Shown piece by piece: positions 50,718 to 59,437 of a stretch of 64,000 bases of DNA. The number at the start of each line of letters is the position of its first letter. The first letter of the stretch is position 1. The stretch covers positions 603 to 64,602 of the forward strand of contig CAJWHS010000003.1 of the NCBI GenBank assembly GCA_913041415.1, in the 5' to 3' direction. Under the pieces are notes generated by a model. It saw nothing but the letters and a program-made list of their open reading frames with translations, made no database searches and was not told the origin of the DNA. The position numbers were made by a program, and so were the translations under genes. Source of the DNA: an uncultured Acidimicrobiaceae bacterium (GTDB lineage: Bacteria > Actinomycetota > Acidimicrobiia > Acidimicrobiales > Aldehydirespiratoraceae).

Positions 50718-50784
50718 GACGGATTCCTTTCTCGGATTCATCTGAAAGTTAAGGACCCGGGTTTTCCGATCAGTTTTCGGTGTG

Positions 50785-51297
50785 TTACCCGTTTGCCGCG
50801 AGTTGCTGACCGGATTCTGACAGAGCGTCCATCAGGTACCCGCGACCGCGCACGGTGCGAATGTGGAGACCCACTTCAGCCACGCGGCGGCGCACGCGCG
50901 AGATGTGAACGTCGAGCGCGTTGCGCATCGGAGCCTCGTCGGACCAGACCGCTTCCATCAGATCTCGTCGCGACACGACCGCACCGAAGCGCTTCATCAG
51001 CGCGTCGACCACTCGCGCCTCGACAGGCGACAGAAGAACCGCTTCGCCCTGGAACCGCAGCACGCCTTCGCACGAGAGGGCAGGACGGTGGCGGGCCTCG
51101 GCCCGGCGGGCGAGCGTGTCGACTCGGATGCGCACGTCGGCCTGATCGGCCGGCAGTCGAACCCAATCCTCCAGTTCGTCGGACGGCTCCGGCGGGACAA
51201 CGTCGGCGTCGACCACGACGAGCCGCGGCATCCCCTCGGCGCGAAGAGACTTCAGCTGCTCTCGAGCAGCGGGCCATCGAACGAGTCGGACGTCCAT
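50785..51297 (-). CDS. OmpR/PhoB-type winged-helix regulator with a vestigial receiver domain
   Basis: ORF 50785..51414; the likely start is ATG ending at 51297 (MDVRLVRW). The C-terminal trans_reg_C pattern is present (LSPVEARVVDALM......VSRRDLMEAVW......ALDVHISRVRRRV......IRTVRGRGY). The N-terminal part is only about 70 aa (PRLVVVDADV...EDWVRLPADQADVRIRV). Confidence 0.75.
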   Translation of the reverse strand: MDVRLVRWPAAREQLKSLRAEGMPRLVVVDADVVPPEPSDELEDWVRLPADQADVRIRVDTLARRAEARHRPALSCEGVLRFQGEAVLLSPVEARVVDALMKRFGAVVSRRDLMEAVWSDEAPMRNALDVHISRVRRRVAEVGLHIRTVRGRGYLMDALSESGQQLAANG

Positions 51298-51312
51298 GGG
51301 ATGAAGGTAGAA

Positions 51313-51336
51313 CGAAACGATTTCAATAGTGTTTCG
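51313..51336. promoter_or_regulatory. inverted repeat CGAAAC-N12-GTTTCG in an AT-richer divergent promoter region
   Basis: cgaaacgatttcaatagtgtttcg lies 16 nt upstream of the regulator start. It sits within the lowest-GC stretch I noticed in the window (about 51300-51420). Confidence 0.3.
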
Positions 51337-51506
51337 ACGATATGAAAGTGAACCTAATCGAAGCTGGCAAAGAATAGACGCGTCGGAATGCCCAACCAGA
51401 ACCGATGAGTTCACGGCGAGTACCCGAGGCGCTCACCTCCCCAATCTGAATCCAACCCGTGCCGAGTGCGCGCCGGAAACGTTGACAGAGGTAGATTTCG
51501 CTTGAC

Positions 51507-53783
51507 ATGAGTTCGCGCGTGAAGCCCCATCACATCGTCCGCATCATCGGTGTCGGTATCGCCCTGTTCACGTTCGGGTCCTATCTGGCCCCGTTCGTCT
51601 TCGAGTTCGACGAGGCGTCCGACGTCACTCGCAAGGTGTTCGGCAACGTCCCTGCCGGCTTGAAGCTGGCCTTCTACACCACCATCCCCATGCTGATCGT
51701 CTATGGCGGGTGGGTCGCCTCGTACCGGGTGAAGAACTGGGAGCGCGGTCGGCCCGACAACCGCCGCACCACACTTAAGAACGCCAAACGCCGCGCCGGC
51801 GACTTCCGCGCCGGCGTCTACATGCAGACCCTGCTGCGCGAACCGGGCGCCGGTGTCATGCACGCCATGATCTACTTCGGCTTCTTGATTCTGCTGGGTG
51901 TCACCACCGTGCTTGAGGTCAACCATCAGCTGCCGACCGACCTCAAGTTCCTTCACGGCAACGTGTATCGCGCCTACGCCCTCATCGGCGACACCGCTGG
52001 CCTGATCTTCACGCTCGGCATCGTGTGGGCGATCATTCGCCGTTACGGCCCCTTCACCTGGCGCCCGTACCGCATCCGCGTCAAGAGCAAGCCCGAACAC
52101 GCCGTCATTCTCGGCACGTTCCTCGCAATTTCGATCACCGGCTATGGCGCCGAGATGTTCCGCATCGCTCTCGAAGGCATGCCCGAGTACGAACGCTGGA
52201 GCTTCGTCGGTTATCCGCTCGCCACGCTGGTCGAGAACAACGCAAACCTGGCCGGCTGGCACCAGTTCTGGTGGATCGCTCACGTCATCAGCTTCATCGC
52301 CTTCCTCGTCATCCTCCCGACGACGATGCTGCGCCACATGTTCACGTCGCCGCTGAACATGTACCTAAAGGATCGCGACCGCCCGAAGGGTGCAATGAAG
52401 CCGATGCCGAACCTCGTCGAGGGTGACACCGAGCTCGAAACCTTTGGTGCCAGCGTCATCGAGGACTTCACCTGGAAGCAGCTGCTCGACACCGATGCCT
52501 GCACGATGTGCGGTCGCTGCACCTCCGTGTGTCCGGCCCACGCCACCGGCAAGCCGCTCGACCCGCGCGAGATCGTGCTGAAGACGGGCGAGGTCATGGC
52601 ACGCACCGGCGATCCGGCCGTCTCGCCTCCGATCGGTGTCGACAGCGAGATCACCGTTCCCGCCAACTGGATGTTCGACCGCGTCAGCCAGGAAGAGCTG
52701 TGGAGCTGCACCTCCTGCAAGGCCTGCGACGAGATCTGCCCGGTCAACATCGAGATCCTCGACAAGATCCTCGACATGCGTCGCTACTTGACGCTTATGG
52801 ATTCCGACTTCCCGTCCGAGCTCGGCCAGGCGTACCGATCGATGGAGAACTCCTCCAACCCGTGGGGCATGTCGCAGAGCGACCGCGCCGACTGGACACG
52901 GGGCGTCGAGGGCATCGAGATCGTCGAGGGCGGCGACCCGCTCGAAGCGGAGTACCTCTACTGGGTCGGCTGCGCCGGCTCGTTCGACGACAAGAACAAG
53001 AAGGTCACCCAGTCGATGGCGAAGCTCATGCAGCGCGCCAACGTCGACTTCGCCATCCTCGGCCCGTCCGAGGCCTGCACCGGCGATTCCGCCCGCCGCT
53101 CCGGCAACGAGTACCTGTTCCAGATGCTCGCAACCCAAAACGTCCAGACGCTCAACTCGATGGGTGTGAAGAAGATCGTCACCCAGTGCCCGCACTGCTT
53201 CAACACCCTCGCCAACGAGTACCCGCAACTCGGCGGTCACTACGAGGTCGTGCACCACTCGCAGTTCCTCGAGTGGCTCGTTGACCAAGGGAGCCTCGAC
53301 CTCACCACTGCTGAGCTCGACGAGCGCGTCGTCTACCACGACTCCTGCTACCTCGGCCGCCACAACGACGTCTACATGGCGCCGCGCAAGGTGCTCGGGT
53401 CGCTCGGCGGAATCCAGCTCGTCGAGGCCGAGCGTAATGGCACCAAGGGCATGTGCTGCGGCGCCGGTGGCGCTCGCATGTGGATGGAAGAGGACATCGG
53501 CGACAAGGTCAACGACGTCCGGGCCAAGGAGCTGGTGGAAACCGGCGCCGACCGGGTCGCGGTCGCCTGCCCGTTCTGTTACGTGATGATGGACGACGGC
53601 GTGAAAGCTGCGGGCAAGGAAGAGGATGAGGTCCGCGTCGCTGACATCGCGATCACCGTGCTCGAGGCCATCGAGACCGGTGAGGCCAAGTCACAAGCCG
53701 CGTCGCTTGCGTCCCAGACCGAGCTCGCCTCGCTCTCGCTGCAGCGCCCGTCGGACGGCGGCGGCGTCACCACCCGGGACTGA
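51507..53783 (+). CDS. membrane-anchored Fe-S oxidoreductase (NarI/DsrM-like membrane domain + 2x[4Fe-4S] + two CCG domains; HdrD/GlpC-like)
   Basis: 758 aa. The N-terminal roughly 280 aa are polytopic. Ferredoxin motifs are CTMCGRCTSVCP and CTSCKACDEICP. CCG-type motifs are CPHCFNTL, MCCGAGG and CPFCYVMM. Confidence 0.85.
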   Translation: MSSRVKPHHIVRIIGVGIALFTFGSYLAPFVFEFDEASDVTRKVFGNVPAGLKLAFYTTIPMLIVYGGWVASYRVKNWERGRPDNRRTTLKNAKRRAGDFRAGVYMQTLLREPGAGVMHAMIYFGFLILLGVTTVLEVNHQLPTDLKFLHGNVYRAYALIGDTAGLIFTLGIVWAIIRRYGPFTWRPYRIRVKSKPEHAVILGTFLAISITGYGAEMFRIALEGMPEYERWSFVGYPLATLVENNANLAGWHQFWWIAHVISFIAFLVILPTTMLRHMFTSPLNMYLKDRDRPKGAMKPMPNLVEGDTELETFGASVIEDFTWKQLLDTDACTMCGRCTSVCPAHATGKPLDPREIVLKTGEVMARTGDPAVSPPIGVDSEITVPANWMFDRVSQEELWSCTSCKACDEICPVNIEILDKILDMRRYLTLMDSDFPSELGQAYRSMENSSNPWGMSQSDRADWTRGVEGIEIVEGGDPLEAEYLYWVGCAGSFDDKNKKVTQSMAKLMQRANVDFAILGPSEACTGDSARRSGNEYLFQMLATQNVQTLNSMGVKKIVTQCPHCFNTLANEYPQLGGHYEVVHHSQFLEWLVDQGSLDLTTAELDERVVYHDSCYLGRHNDVYMAPRKVLGSLGGIQLVEAERNGTKGMCCGAGGARMWMEEDIGDKVNDVRAKELVETGADRVAVACPFCYVMMDDGVKAAGKEEDEVRVADIAITVLEAIETGEAKSQAASLASQTELASLSLQRPSDGGGVTTRD

Positions 53784-53810
53784 TCCGCACCGCCGATAAC
53801 GTCAGCGACT

Positions 53811-54395
53811 GTGACGGACTCACCGACCATCCTCGTCATCGACAACTACGACTCGTTCGTCTACATCCTCGTGCAGTACCTCGGGGAACTCGGAGCGCGT
53901 CCGGTTGTGCGACGTCACGACGAGATCGACCTCGATGGCATCCGGGCGCTCGACCCCGATGGCATGCTCATCTCTCCCGGTCCCGGCAACCCCGACGACT
54001 CGGGCGTGAGCATGGACATCTTGACCAACCTCACGACCGACACACCGATCTTTGGGGTGTGTCTCGGTATGCAGTGCATGGGTCAGGCCTTCGGTGGCGA
54101 GGTGGTGCGAGCGCCGCAGGTCATGCACGGCAAGACTTCGATGATCCATCATCGCGACATCGGCGTGTTTCGCGGTCTCCCAAACCCCGTCGAGGCCACC
54201 CGCTATCACTCGCTGATCGTCGAGCGCGCCACCCTGCCTGATGCGCTCGACATCACCGCAGAGACCGACGACGGTCTGATCATGGGCCTACGGCACCGCG
54301 AGCGCGACATCGAGGGTGTGCAGTTCCATCCCGAGTCAGTGCTGACCAGCGCCGGGCGCCCACTGATCACCAACTTCCTCGACCGCTGCCGCTAA
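53811..54395 (+). CDS. pabA: anthranilate / aminodeoxychorismate synthase component II (glutamine amidotransferase)
   Basis: 194 aa starting at GTG. It has the class I GATase triad context (GVCLGMQ, HPES). It occupies the same position as trpG (Rv0013) next to pknB in mycobacteria. Confidence 0.92.
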   Translation: MTDSPTILVIDNYDSFVYILVQYLGELGARPVVRRHDEIDLDGIRALDPDGMLISPGPGNPDDSGVSMDILTNLTTDTPIFGVCLGMQCMGQAFGGEVVRAPQVMHGKTSMIHHRDIGVFRGLPNPVEATRYHSLIVERATLPDALDITAETDDGLIMGLRHRERDIEGVQFHPESVLTSAGRPLITNFLDRCR

Positions 54396-54416
54396 GACGC
54401 CGGTCGAACGGCGGAA

Positions 54417-56573
54417 TCAGTCGCCGTCGGCCGTTGTGGTCGGTGGGGTCGTCGTCGTTGTTGTCGTAGTCGTTGTCGTAGTCGTCGTCTCCGGGGCGGC
54501 CTGACCGACGGTGATGGTGACGAACAGGCCGACCTCGACCTCTTCATTCCGTTCCGGATCCTGCGCCATCACACGACCAACGTTCGGCGAACCGGCAGGC
54601 ACCTGCTCAAAGATGACAGCCACATCTAGCAATTCATCACGCAGGAGCTCGATCGCGGTCTCAGCGAAAAGATCCGTCACCGCCGGCACCTCCACCGTCG
54701 GCAGGCCCGTCGACACCACGATCGAGACCTGGGAACCAAGAGCGGCGAGCTGATCAGCGGCAGGTTCCGTACGGATGACCTTGCCCTCTTCGATCTCCTC
54801 ACTCGCCTCTTCGACCTGAGAAGGATTGACAATAAAGCCCGCTTCTCGCAGCGCGTTCACCGCTGCGATCACGTCAAGGCCTTCAACATCGGGCACCGGC
54901 GTAACTTCAGGACCCGTAGAAACCGTGATCTCCACCGTACTGCCAGGGGCAAGCACCGAACCCGGCGACGGGCTCTGACTGATAATCGTGCCAGCGTCCT
55001 GGGGACTCGTCGCGGTGACCTCGGTAACGACGTACTGGAACTCCTGCAACGTCGCAACCGCCTCCTCACGAAGACTGCCGATCACGCTCGGAACCGTGTC
55101 CGCCGTGCCAGAACTGACCCGGAGCGTCACCACCGAGTTGGGCTCAACCCGCTCACCCGAGGGCGGAACCTGAGCAAACACCTGGTTCACCGGCACCTCA
55201 TCATTGGTCTCAAACTCAACATCAGGCTGAGCCAACCCAGCCTCAAGCAAAAGCTCACGAGCTTCTTGCACATCAAGGCCCTCAACGCTGGGCACGTCGA
55301 CAACGTCGGCAACAACATCGACTGGCGTGTTCTCGTCGTCGCCCCCAAGAGCATCGAGGAACGAGGCGAACAGGTAGCCGAGGATCACGATGAGCACACC
55401 GAGCGAGGCGACCAGCGCAACGGTGCGCCAGATCCCACCGCCGCGAGGGGGTTCTTCGTAGTAGTAACCGGCAGCGCCATAGGCCGCCTGTTGCTGGGTG
55501 ATGGCCGCTTGCTGGGCCGGGTCAGCGTAGCCAGGGATCGGCTGCTGGGGTACCCCAGTGCCTGGTGTCGGCGTGACCGGCTGTGCGGTGGTTGCATCGA
55601 CCGCTGAGATCGGCGCCGTGGCCGGTGGCTCGGTGACTGGCGTTTGGGCCGGAGAATCGGGAGGGGCCTCAGCGGCGCCCGCAACAGCGCCAGCGGCACT
55701 GCCTACGGCAGCCGCACCCTTGCCAGAGATGCGGTGGGCACCAGCAAGATAGCGCCGAAGGTCGTTTCGGAGGTCGTCGGCAGTGGGATACCGGTTGGCC
55801 GGACTCTTGGCCAACAACTTAATCGTGATCGCCTGGAGCGATTCGGCGACCTGGACCCCGCGTTCGATGAGGCCGTCGGGACGCTCCTGCACGTGCTTGT
55901 AGGCGACAGCGACCGGGGTCTCGGCCTGGAAAGGCGGCACGCCGGCGAGCATCTCGTAGAGCACAACGCCCAGCGAGTAGAGGTCGGAACGGCCGTCGAG
56001 CGCCTTGCCCTGGGCTTGCTCCGGCGAGAAGTAGGTGGCGGTCCCCATGACCGATCCGTGCTGGGTGAGGGCCGCATCACCGCCGCTCACGAGGGCGGTG
56101 GCGATGCCGAAGTCGGCGACCTTCACGTCGCCGCTGTCAGAAACGAGGATGTTGCCGAGCTTGATATCGCGGTGCACGAGGCCTGCGGCATGGGCGGTGC
56201 TGAGCGCAGCGGCGACATCGGAAGCGATCTCAGCGGCGCGGTCGGGATGCAGTGGTCCGGTGGAGCGCAGGACATCGGACATCGACCGGCCCGACACGTA
56301 CTCCATCACGATGTAGTAGGTGCCCCGCTCTTGCCCCCAGTCATAGATGCCGACAATGTTGGGATGGTTGAGGTTTGCGGCAGCCTGAGCCTCACGACGG
56401 AAGCGCTCGACAAAGTTCGGATCGTTTGCGAACTCGGGGAACAGCACCTTGAGCGCGACCTCGCGACCGAGCAGCCCGTCACGTGCGAGGTAAACGTCGG
56501 CCATGCCACCGCGGGCGATATGGCGCAACAGTTCGTAACGGCCGTTGAAGACGGTAGGGCCCTGCTCGGACAT
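54417..56573 (-). CDS. pknB: Ser/Thr protein kinase PknB with four extracellular PASTA domains and poly-Thr tail
   Basis: 718 aa with a Hanks kinase domain (GGMADVY, HRDIKLGNIL, DFGIA, GTATYFSPEQ), a Pro/Ala-rich linker, one transmembrane helix, four PASTA repeats and the tail APETTTTTTTTTTTTTTPPTTTADGD. Confidence 0.95.
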   Translation of the reverse strand: MSEQGPTVFNGRYELLRHIARGGMADVYLARDGLLGREVALKVLFPEFANDPNFVERFRREAQAAANLNHPNIVGIYDWGQERGTYYIVMEYVSGRSMSDVLRSTGPLHPDRAAEIASDVAAALSTAHAAGLVHRDIKLGNILVSDSGDVKVADFGIATALVSGGDAALTQHGSVMGTATYFSPEQAQGKALDGRSDLYSLGVVLYEMLAGVPPFQAETPVAVAYKHVQERPDGLIERGVQVAESLQAITIKLLAKSPANRYPTADDLRNDLRRYLAGAHRISGKGAAAVGSAAGAVAGAAEAPPDSPAQTPVTEPPATAPISAVDATTAQPVTPTPGTGVPQQPIPGYADPAQQAAITQQQAAYGAAGYYYEEPPRGGGIWRTVALVASLGVLIVILGYLFASFLDALGGDDENTPVDVVADVVDVPSVEGLDVQEARELLLEAGLAQPDVEFETNDEVPVNQVFAQVPPSGERVEPNSVVTLRVSSGTADTVPSVIGSLREEAVATLQEFQYVVTEVTATSPQDAGTIISQSPSPGSVLAPGSTVEITVSTGPEVTPVPDVEGLDVIAAVNALREAGFIVNPSQVEEASEEIEEGKVIRTEPAADQLAALGSQVSIVVSTGLPTVEVPAVTDLFAETAIELLRDELLDVAVIFEQVPAGSPNVGRVMAQDPERNEEVEVGLFVTITVGQAAPETTTTTTTTTTTTTTPPTTTADGD
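54481..55349. repeat. direct repeat copy A (pknB ectodomain coding region)
   Basis: Aligns base-for-base with 56811..57670 at an offset of 2330 nt, apart from one 9-nt indel near 55300. It includes an identical block at 55015-55267. Confidence 0.9.
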
Positions 56574-56722
56574 AGCTCAGCAGCTTACCGTTGCATGACG
56601 AACGCACAGATGCACGGTCCTGATCGGAACGACATCACGAGGCTGTTAGTTGTCCGCAACTCCGACGGGGCCCCGAAGATCGACCACGGTTTCTTCACTC
56701 GCCCCTTCGCTGGTCTCGACGA

Positions 56723-57811
56723 TTACGGCGACGTCGTCGGGTAGCTCGTGGTGGGAGGGGTCGTTGGGGTCGTCGGGTAGGTCGTGGTGGGAGGGGTCGT
56801 TGTTGTCGTCGTCGTCGTCTCCGGGGCGGCTTGACCGACGGTGATGGTGACAACCAGACCGACCTCGACCTCTTCGAACGGTGCCGGATCCTGCGCCATC
56901 ACACGACCATCACTCGGCGAACCAGCAGGCACCTGCTCAAAGATGACAGCCACATCAAGCAACTCATCGCGCAGGACCTGGATCGCAGTTTCAGCGAAGA
57001 GATCCGTCACCGCCGGCACCGTCACCGTCGGCAGACCCGTCGACACCACAATCGAGACCTGCGAACCAACCGCGGCCAGCTGATCCGCAGCAGGCTCCGT
57101 ACGGATCACCTTGCCCTCTTCAATCTCCTCACTCGCCTCTTCGACCTGAGAAGGATTGACAAGAAAGCCCGCCTCTCGCAACGCGTTCACCGCTGCGATC
57201 ACATCAAGACCTTCAACATCAGGCACCGGCATCACTTCCGGACCCGAAGAAACCGTGATCTCCACCGTGCTGCCAGGGGCAAGCACCGAACCCGGCGACG
57301 GACTCTGACTGATAATCGTCCCCGCGTCCTGGGGACTCGCCGCCGTGACCTCGGTAACGACGTACTGGAACTCCTGCAACGTCGCAACCGCCTCCTCACG
57401 AAGACTGCCGATCACGCTCGGAACCGTGTCCGCCGTGCCAGAACTGACCCGGAGCGTCACCACCGAGTTGGGCTCAACCCGCTCACCCGAGGGCGGAACC
57501 TGAGCAAACACCTGGTTCACCGGCACCTCATCATTGGTCTCAAACTCAACATCAGGCTGAGCCAACCCAGCCTCAAGCAAAAGCTCACGAGCTTCTTCCA
57601 CATCAAGGCCCTCAACGCTGGGCACGTCGACAACAACATCGACTGGCGTGTTCTCGTCGTCGCCCCCAAGCGAAAAGAGGAGCCAGGCAAACAAGAACCC
57701 AAGGACAAAACCAAGCACGCCGAACAGCGCCGCAGTCCGCCAAAAACCGTCGGCAAAACGCGGTTCGAGCTCGTCGCGGGCATCGACGACAGCAGGCCCC
57801 TGATCAGACAT
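56723..57811 (-). CDS. membrane-anchored four-PASTA protein without kinase domain (truncated pknB duplicate)
   Basis: 362 aa made of MSDQGP... plus about 25 cytoplasmic residues, one transmembrane helix (FWRTAALFGVLGFVLGFLFAWLLF), four PASTA repeats nearly identical to those of PknB, and a Thr/Pro-rich tail. Confidence 0.85.
   Translation of the reverse strand: MSDQGPAVVDARDELEPRFADGFWRTAALFGVLGFVLGFLFAWLLFSLGGDDENTPVDVVVDVPSVEGLDVEEARELLLEAGLAQPDVEFETNDEVPVNQVFAQVPPSGERVEPNSVVTLRVSSGTADTVPSVIGSLREEAVATLQEFQYVVTEVTAASPQDAGTIISQSPSPGSVLAPGSTVEITVSSGPEVMPVPDVEGLDVIAAVNALREAGFLVNPSQVEEASEEIEEGKVIRTEPAADQLAAVGSQVSIVVSTGLPTVTVPAVTDLFAETAIQVLRDELLDVAVIFEQVPAGSPSDGRVMAQDPAPFEEVEVGLVVTITVGQAAPETTTTTTTTPPTTTYPTTPTTPPTTSYPTTSP
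56811..57670. repeat. direct repeat copy B (PASTA-only gene)
   Basis: Partner of 54481..55349; the identical block is at 57345-57597. Weaker similarity continues through the transmembrane helix, the first codons and about 80 nt of the 5' leader. Confidence 0.9.
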
Positions 57812-57883
57812 GGATACGAACCCTACCGCTGCATTGCGACCTCATCGATGCACGCTCCAAATCGGAGCGACGGCAACACGGCA

Positions 57884-59437
57884 TCAATTGAACGCTGCTT
57901 CGATGACGGCTTGGGCGATTGGGGCTGCCACACGACCACCGGTCTGCTCGCTCGCGCCTTCCTGCGCCTCGACGATCACAGCGAACGCAAGGGATGGTTG
58001 CTCATTGGGCATACCGGCATAGCCGACGATCCAGGCGTGACTGTTGGGTGGAGTGGTTCCGAGCTGGGCGGTGCCCGTCTTGCCGCCGACGACAACTCCT
58101 TCGGTGAGCAAGTTTCGGGCTGTGCCTTCCTCGGCGACGACGCGCATGGCGTCGCGTAGGATTGCGGCGGTCGATGCTGACATCGCAACACGCAGTGGTT
58201 CGGGCTCGACGCGGTCAAGGAGCGAACCGTCGAACGCCAAGAGTTCGGTGACGACGTGAGGGGTCATCACCACGCCATCGTTGGCGATCGCCGCAGCAAC
58301 GAGCGCCATCTGCAGTGGGGTTGCGGCAACGTCGTTTTGGCCGATCGAGGTCTGGGCAAGCCGGGCCGAGTTCTCGTGAACCGGCACTGCACCGTTGGGC
58401 AGTACCGTCTCGGCCCCTTCGGCCGGTTGCTGATCGGGCGCCCGGTAGCGATCGACATCGGCGAGTTGTTCGCCGTAGTCGGTTGGAAACCGAGACTCGG
58501 CGGCGCCCGGAAGGTCGATGCCGAGGTCGGCGTTGAAACCGAACGCCTCCGCAGCGGTGACCATCTGCTCCGGACCGACCCACTCGGCGCCGATTTCGGA
58601 GAACGCCGTATTGCACGACACGCGCAAAAGTTCGACGAGGTCACCGCCGCAGGCCGACCCGGCAAAGTTGCGGATCGGTGCACCGGCCGGGACCGGCTCG
58701 TACGTCGTCGCCACCGGGAAGACGGGCGTGCTCGCGCCGATCAGACCCGTCTCGACGCCAGCTGCGGCAGTGACAAGCTTGAAGGTCGAGCCGGGGAAGT
58801 AGATCTCCCGGTAACTCTTAGCGAGTAGCTGCGTATTCGGGTCGGCGACCAGGGCGTCGAAGGCGGCATTCGCGACCGTGCCGTCAGGATCGGCGAGCGG
58901 GTTCGGGTCGAAGCTGGGGAAGGTCCACAGTGCGATGATCTCGCCGGTTCGCGGGTCGAGTGCGACGACCGAGCCCTTGCGGTCGCCGAGTGCCTCCGCC
59001 GCAACCCGCTGGACATCGTCGCGGATCGACAGCGTGAGCGTGGCGGTGGAGTTGCGATCGGCGAAGAGATCACCGAGCGACGCAAAGCGCTGGTCGATCG
59101 GATCGCCGGCGAGTTCGTCGTTGTAGCTGCGTTCGAGTCCAACGGCCTCGACGTTGAGCGACTGATAGCCCGTGATGTGCGCGTAGAGCTCACCCTCGGG
59201 GTACTCCCGGCGGAAGTCGACCGACCCGTCGTACTCGACCGATTGGGCGACAAGCACACCATCGGCGGTGATGATTGGGCCGCGCTCTCGACCGAACTCA
59301 CGGATCAAGCCCCGCGTGTTGTTGACGTCGTCCTGCAGGCGTTCAGCACCGAAGAACTGGACCCGGTTGAGCTGCAGGAACAGCACCAGATACAGCACGC
59401 TGAGCACGACGCCGAGACGCCGGATCCGGAGGTTCAC
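57884..59437 (-). CDS. pbpA: penicillin-binding protein 2 family D,D-transpeptidase
   Basis: 517 aa with an N-terminal membrane anchor, a PBP dimerisation domain, and the transpeptidase motifs STFK, S.N and KTGT. The GTG start overlaps the rodA stop. Confidence 0.92.
   Translation of the reverse strand: MNLRIRRLGVVLSVLYLVLFLQLNRVQFFGAERLQDDVNNTRGLIREFGRERGPIITADGVLVAQSVEYDGSVDFRREYPEGELYAHITGYQSLNVEAVGLERSYNDELAGDPIDQRFASLGDLFADRNSTATLTLSIRDDVQRVAAEALGDRKGSVVALDPRTGEIIALWTFPSFDPNPLADPDGTVANAAFDALVADPNTQLLAKSYREIYFPGSTFKLVTAAAGVETGLIGASTPVFPVATTYEPVPAGAPIRNFAGSACGGDLVELLRVSCNTAFSEIGAEWVGPEQMVTAAEAFGFNADLGIDLPGAAESRFPTDYGEQLADVDRYRAPDQQPAEGAETVLPNGAVPVHENSARLAQTSIGQNDVAATPLQMALVAAAIANDGVVMTPHVVTELLAFDGSLLDRVEPEPLRVAMSASTAAILRDAMRVVAEEGTARNLLTEGVVVGGKTGTAQLGTTPPNSHAWIVGYAGMPNEQPSLAFAVIVEAQEGASEQTGGRVAAPIAQAVIEAAFN

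Noticed and set aside
51482-51509. Two TTGACA hexamers 20 nt apart just upstream of, and overlapping, the ATG of the Fe-S oxidoreductase gene, as possible promoters.
   Set aside because: I could not find a credible -10 element at the right spacing for either hexamer. A leaderless arrangement is possible, but sequence alone does not support it.
54417-54490. Short tandem repeats (acg/gtc-rich) at 54417-54490 and 56723-56830 as possible CRISPR or VNTR elements.
   Set aside because: They lie inside ORFs and encode poly-Thr/Pro tails. There is no repeat-spacer periodicity and no cas genes. I report them as protein low-complexity instead.
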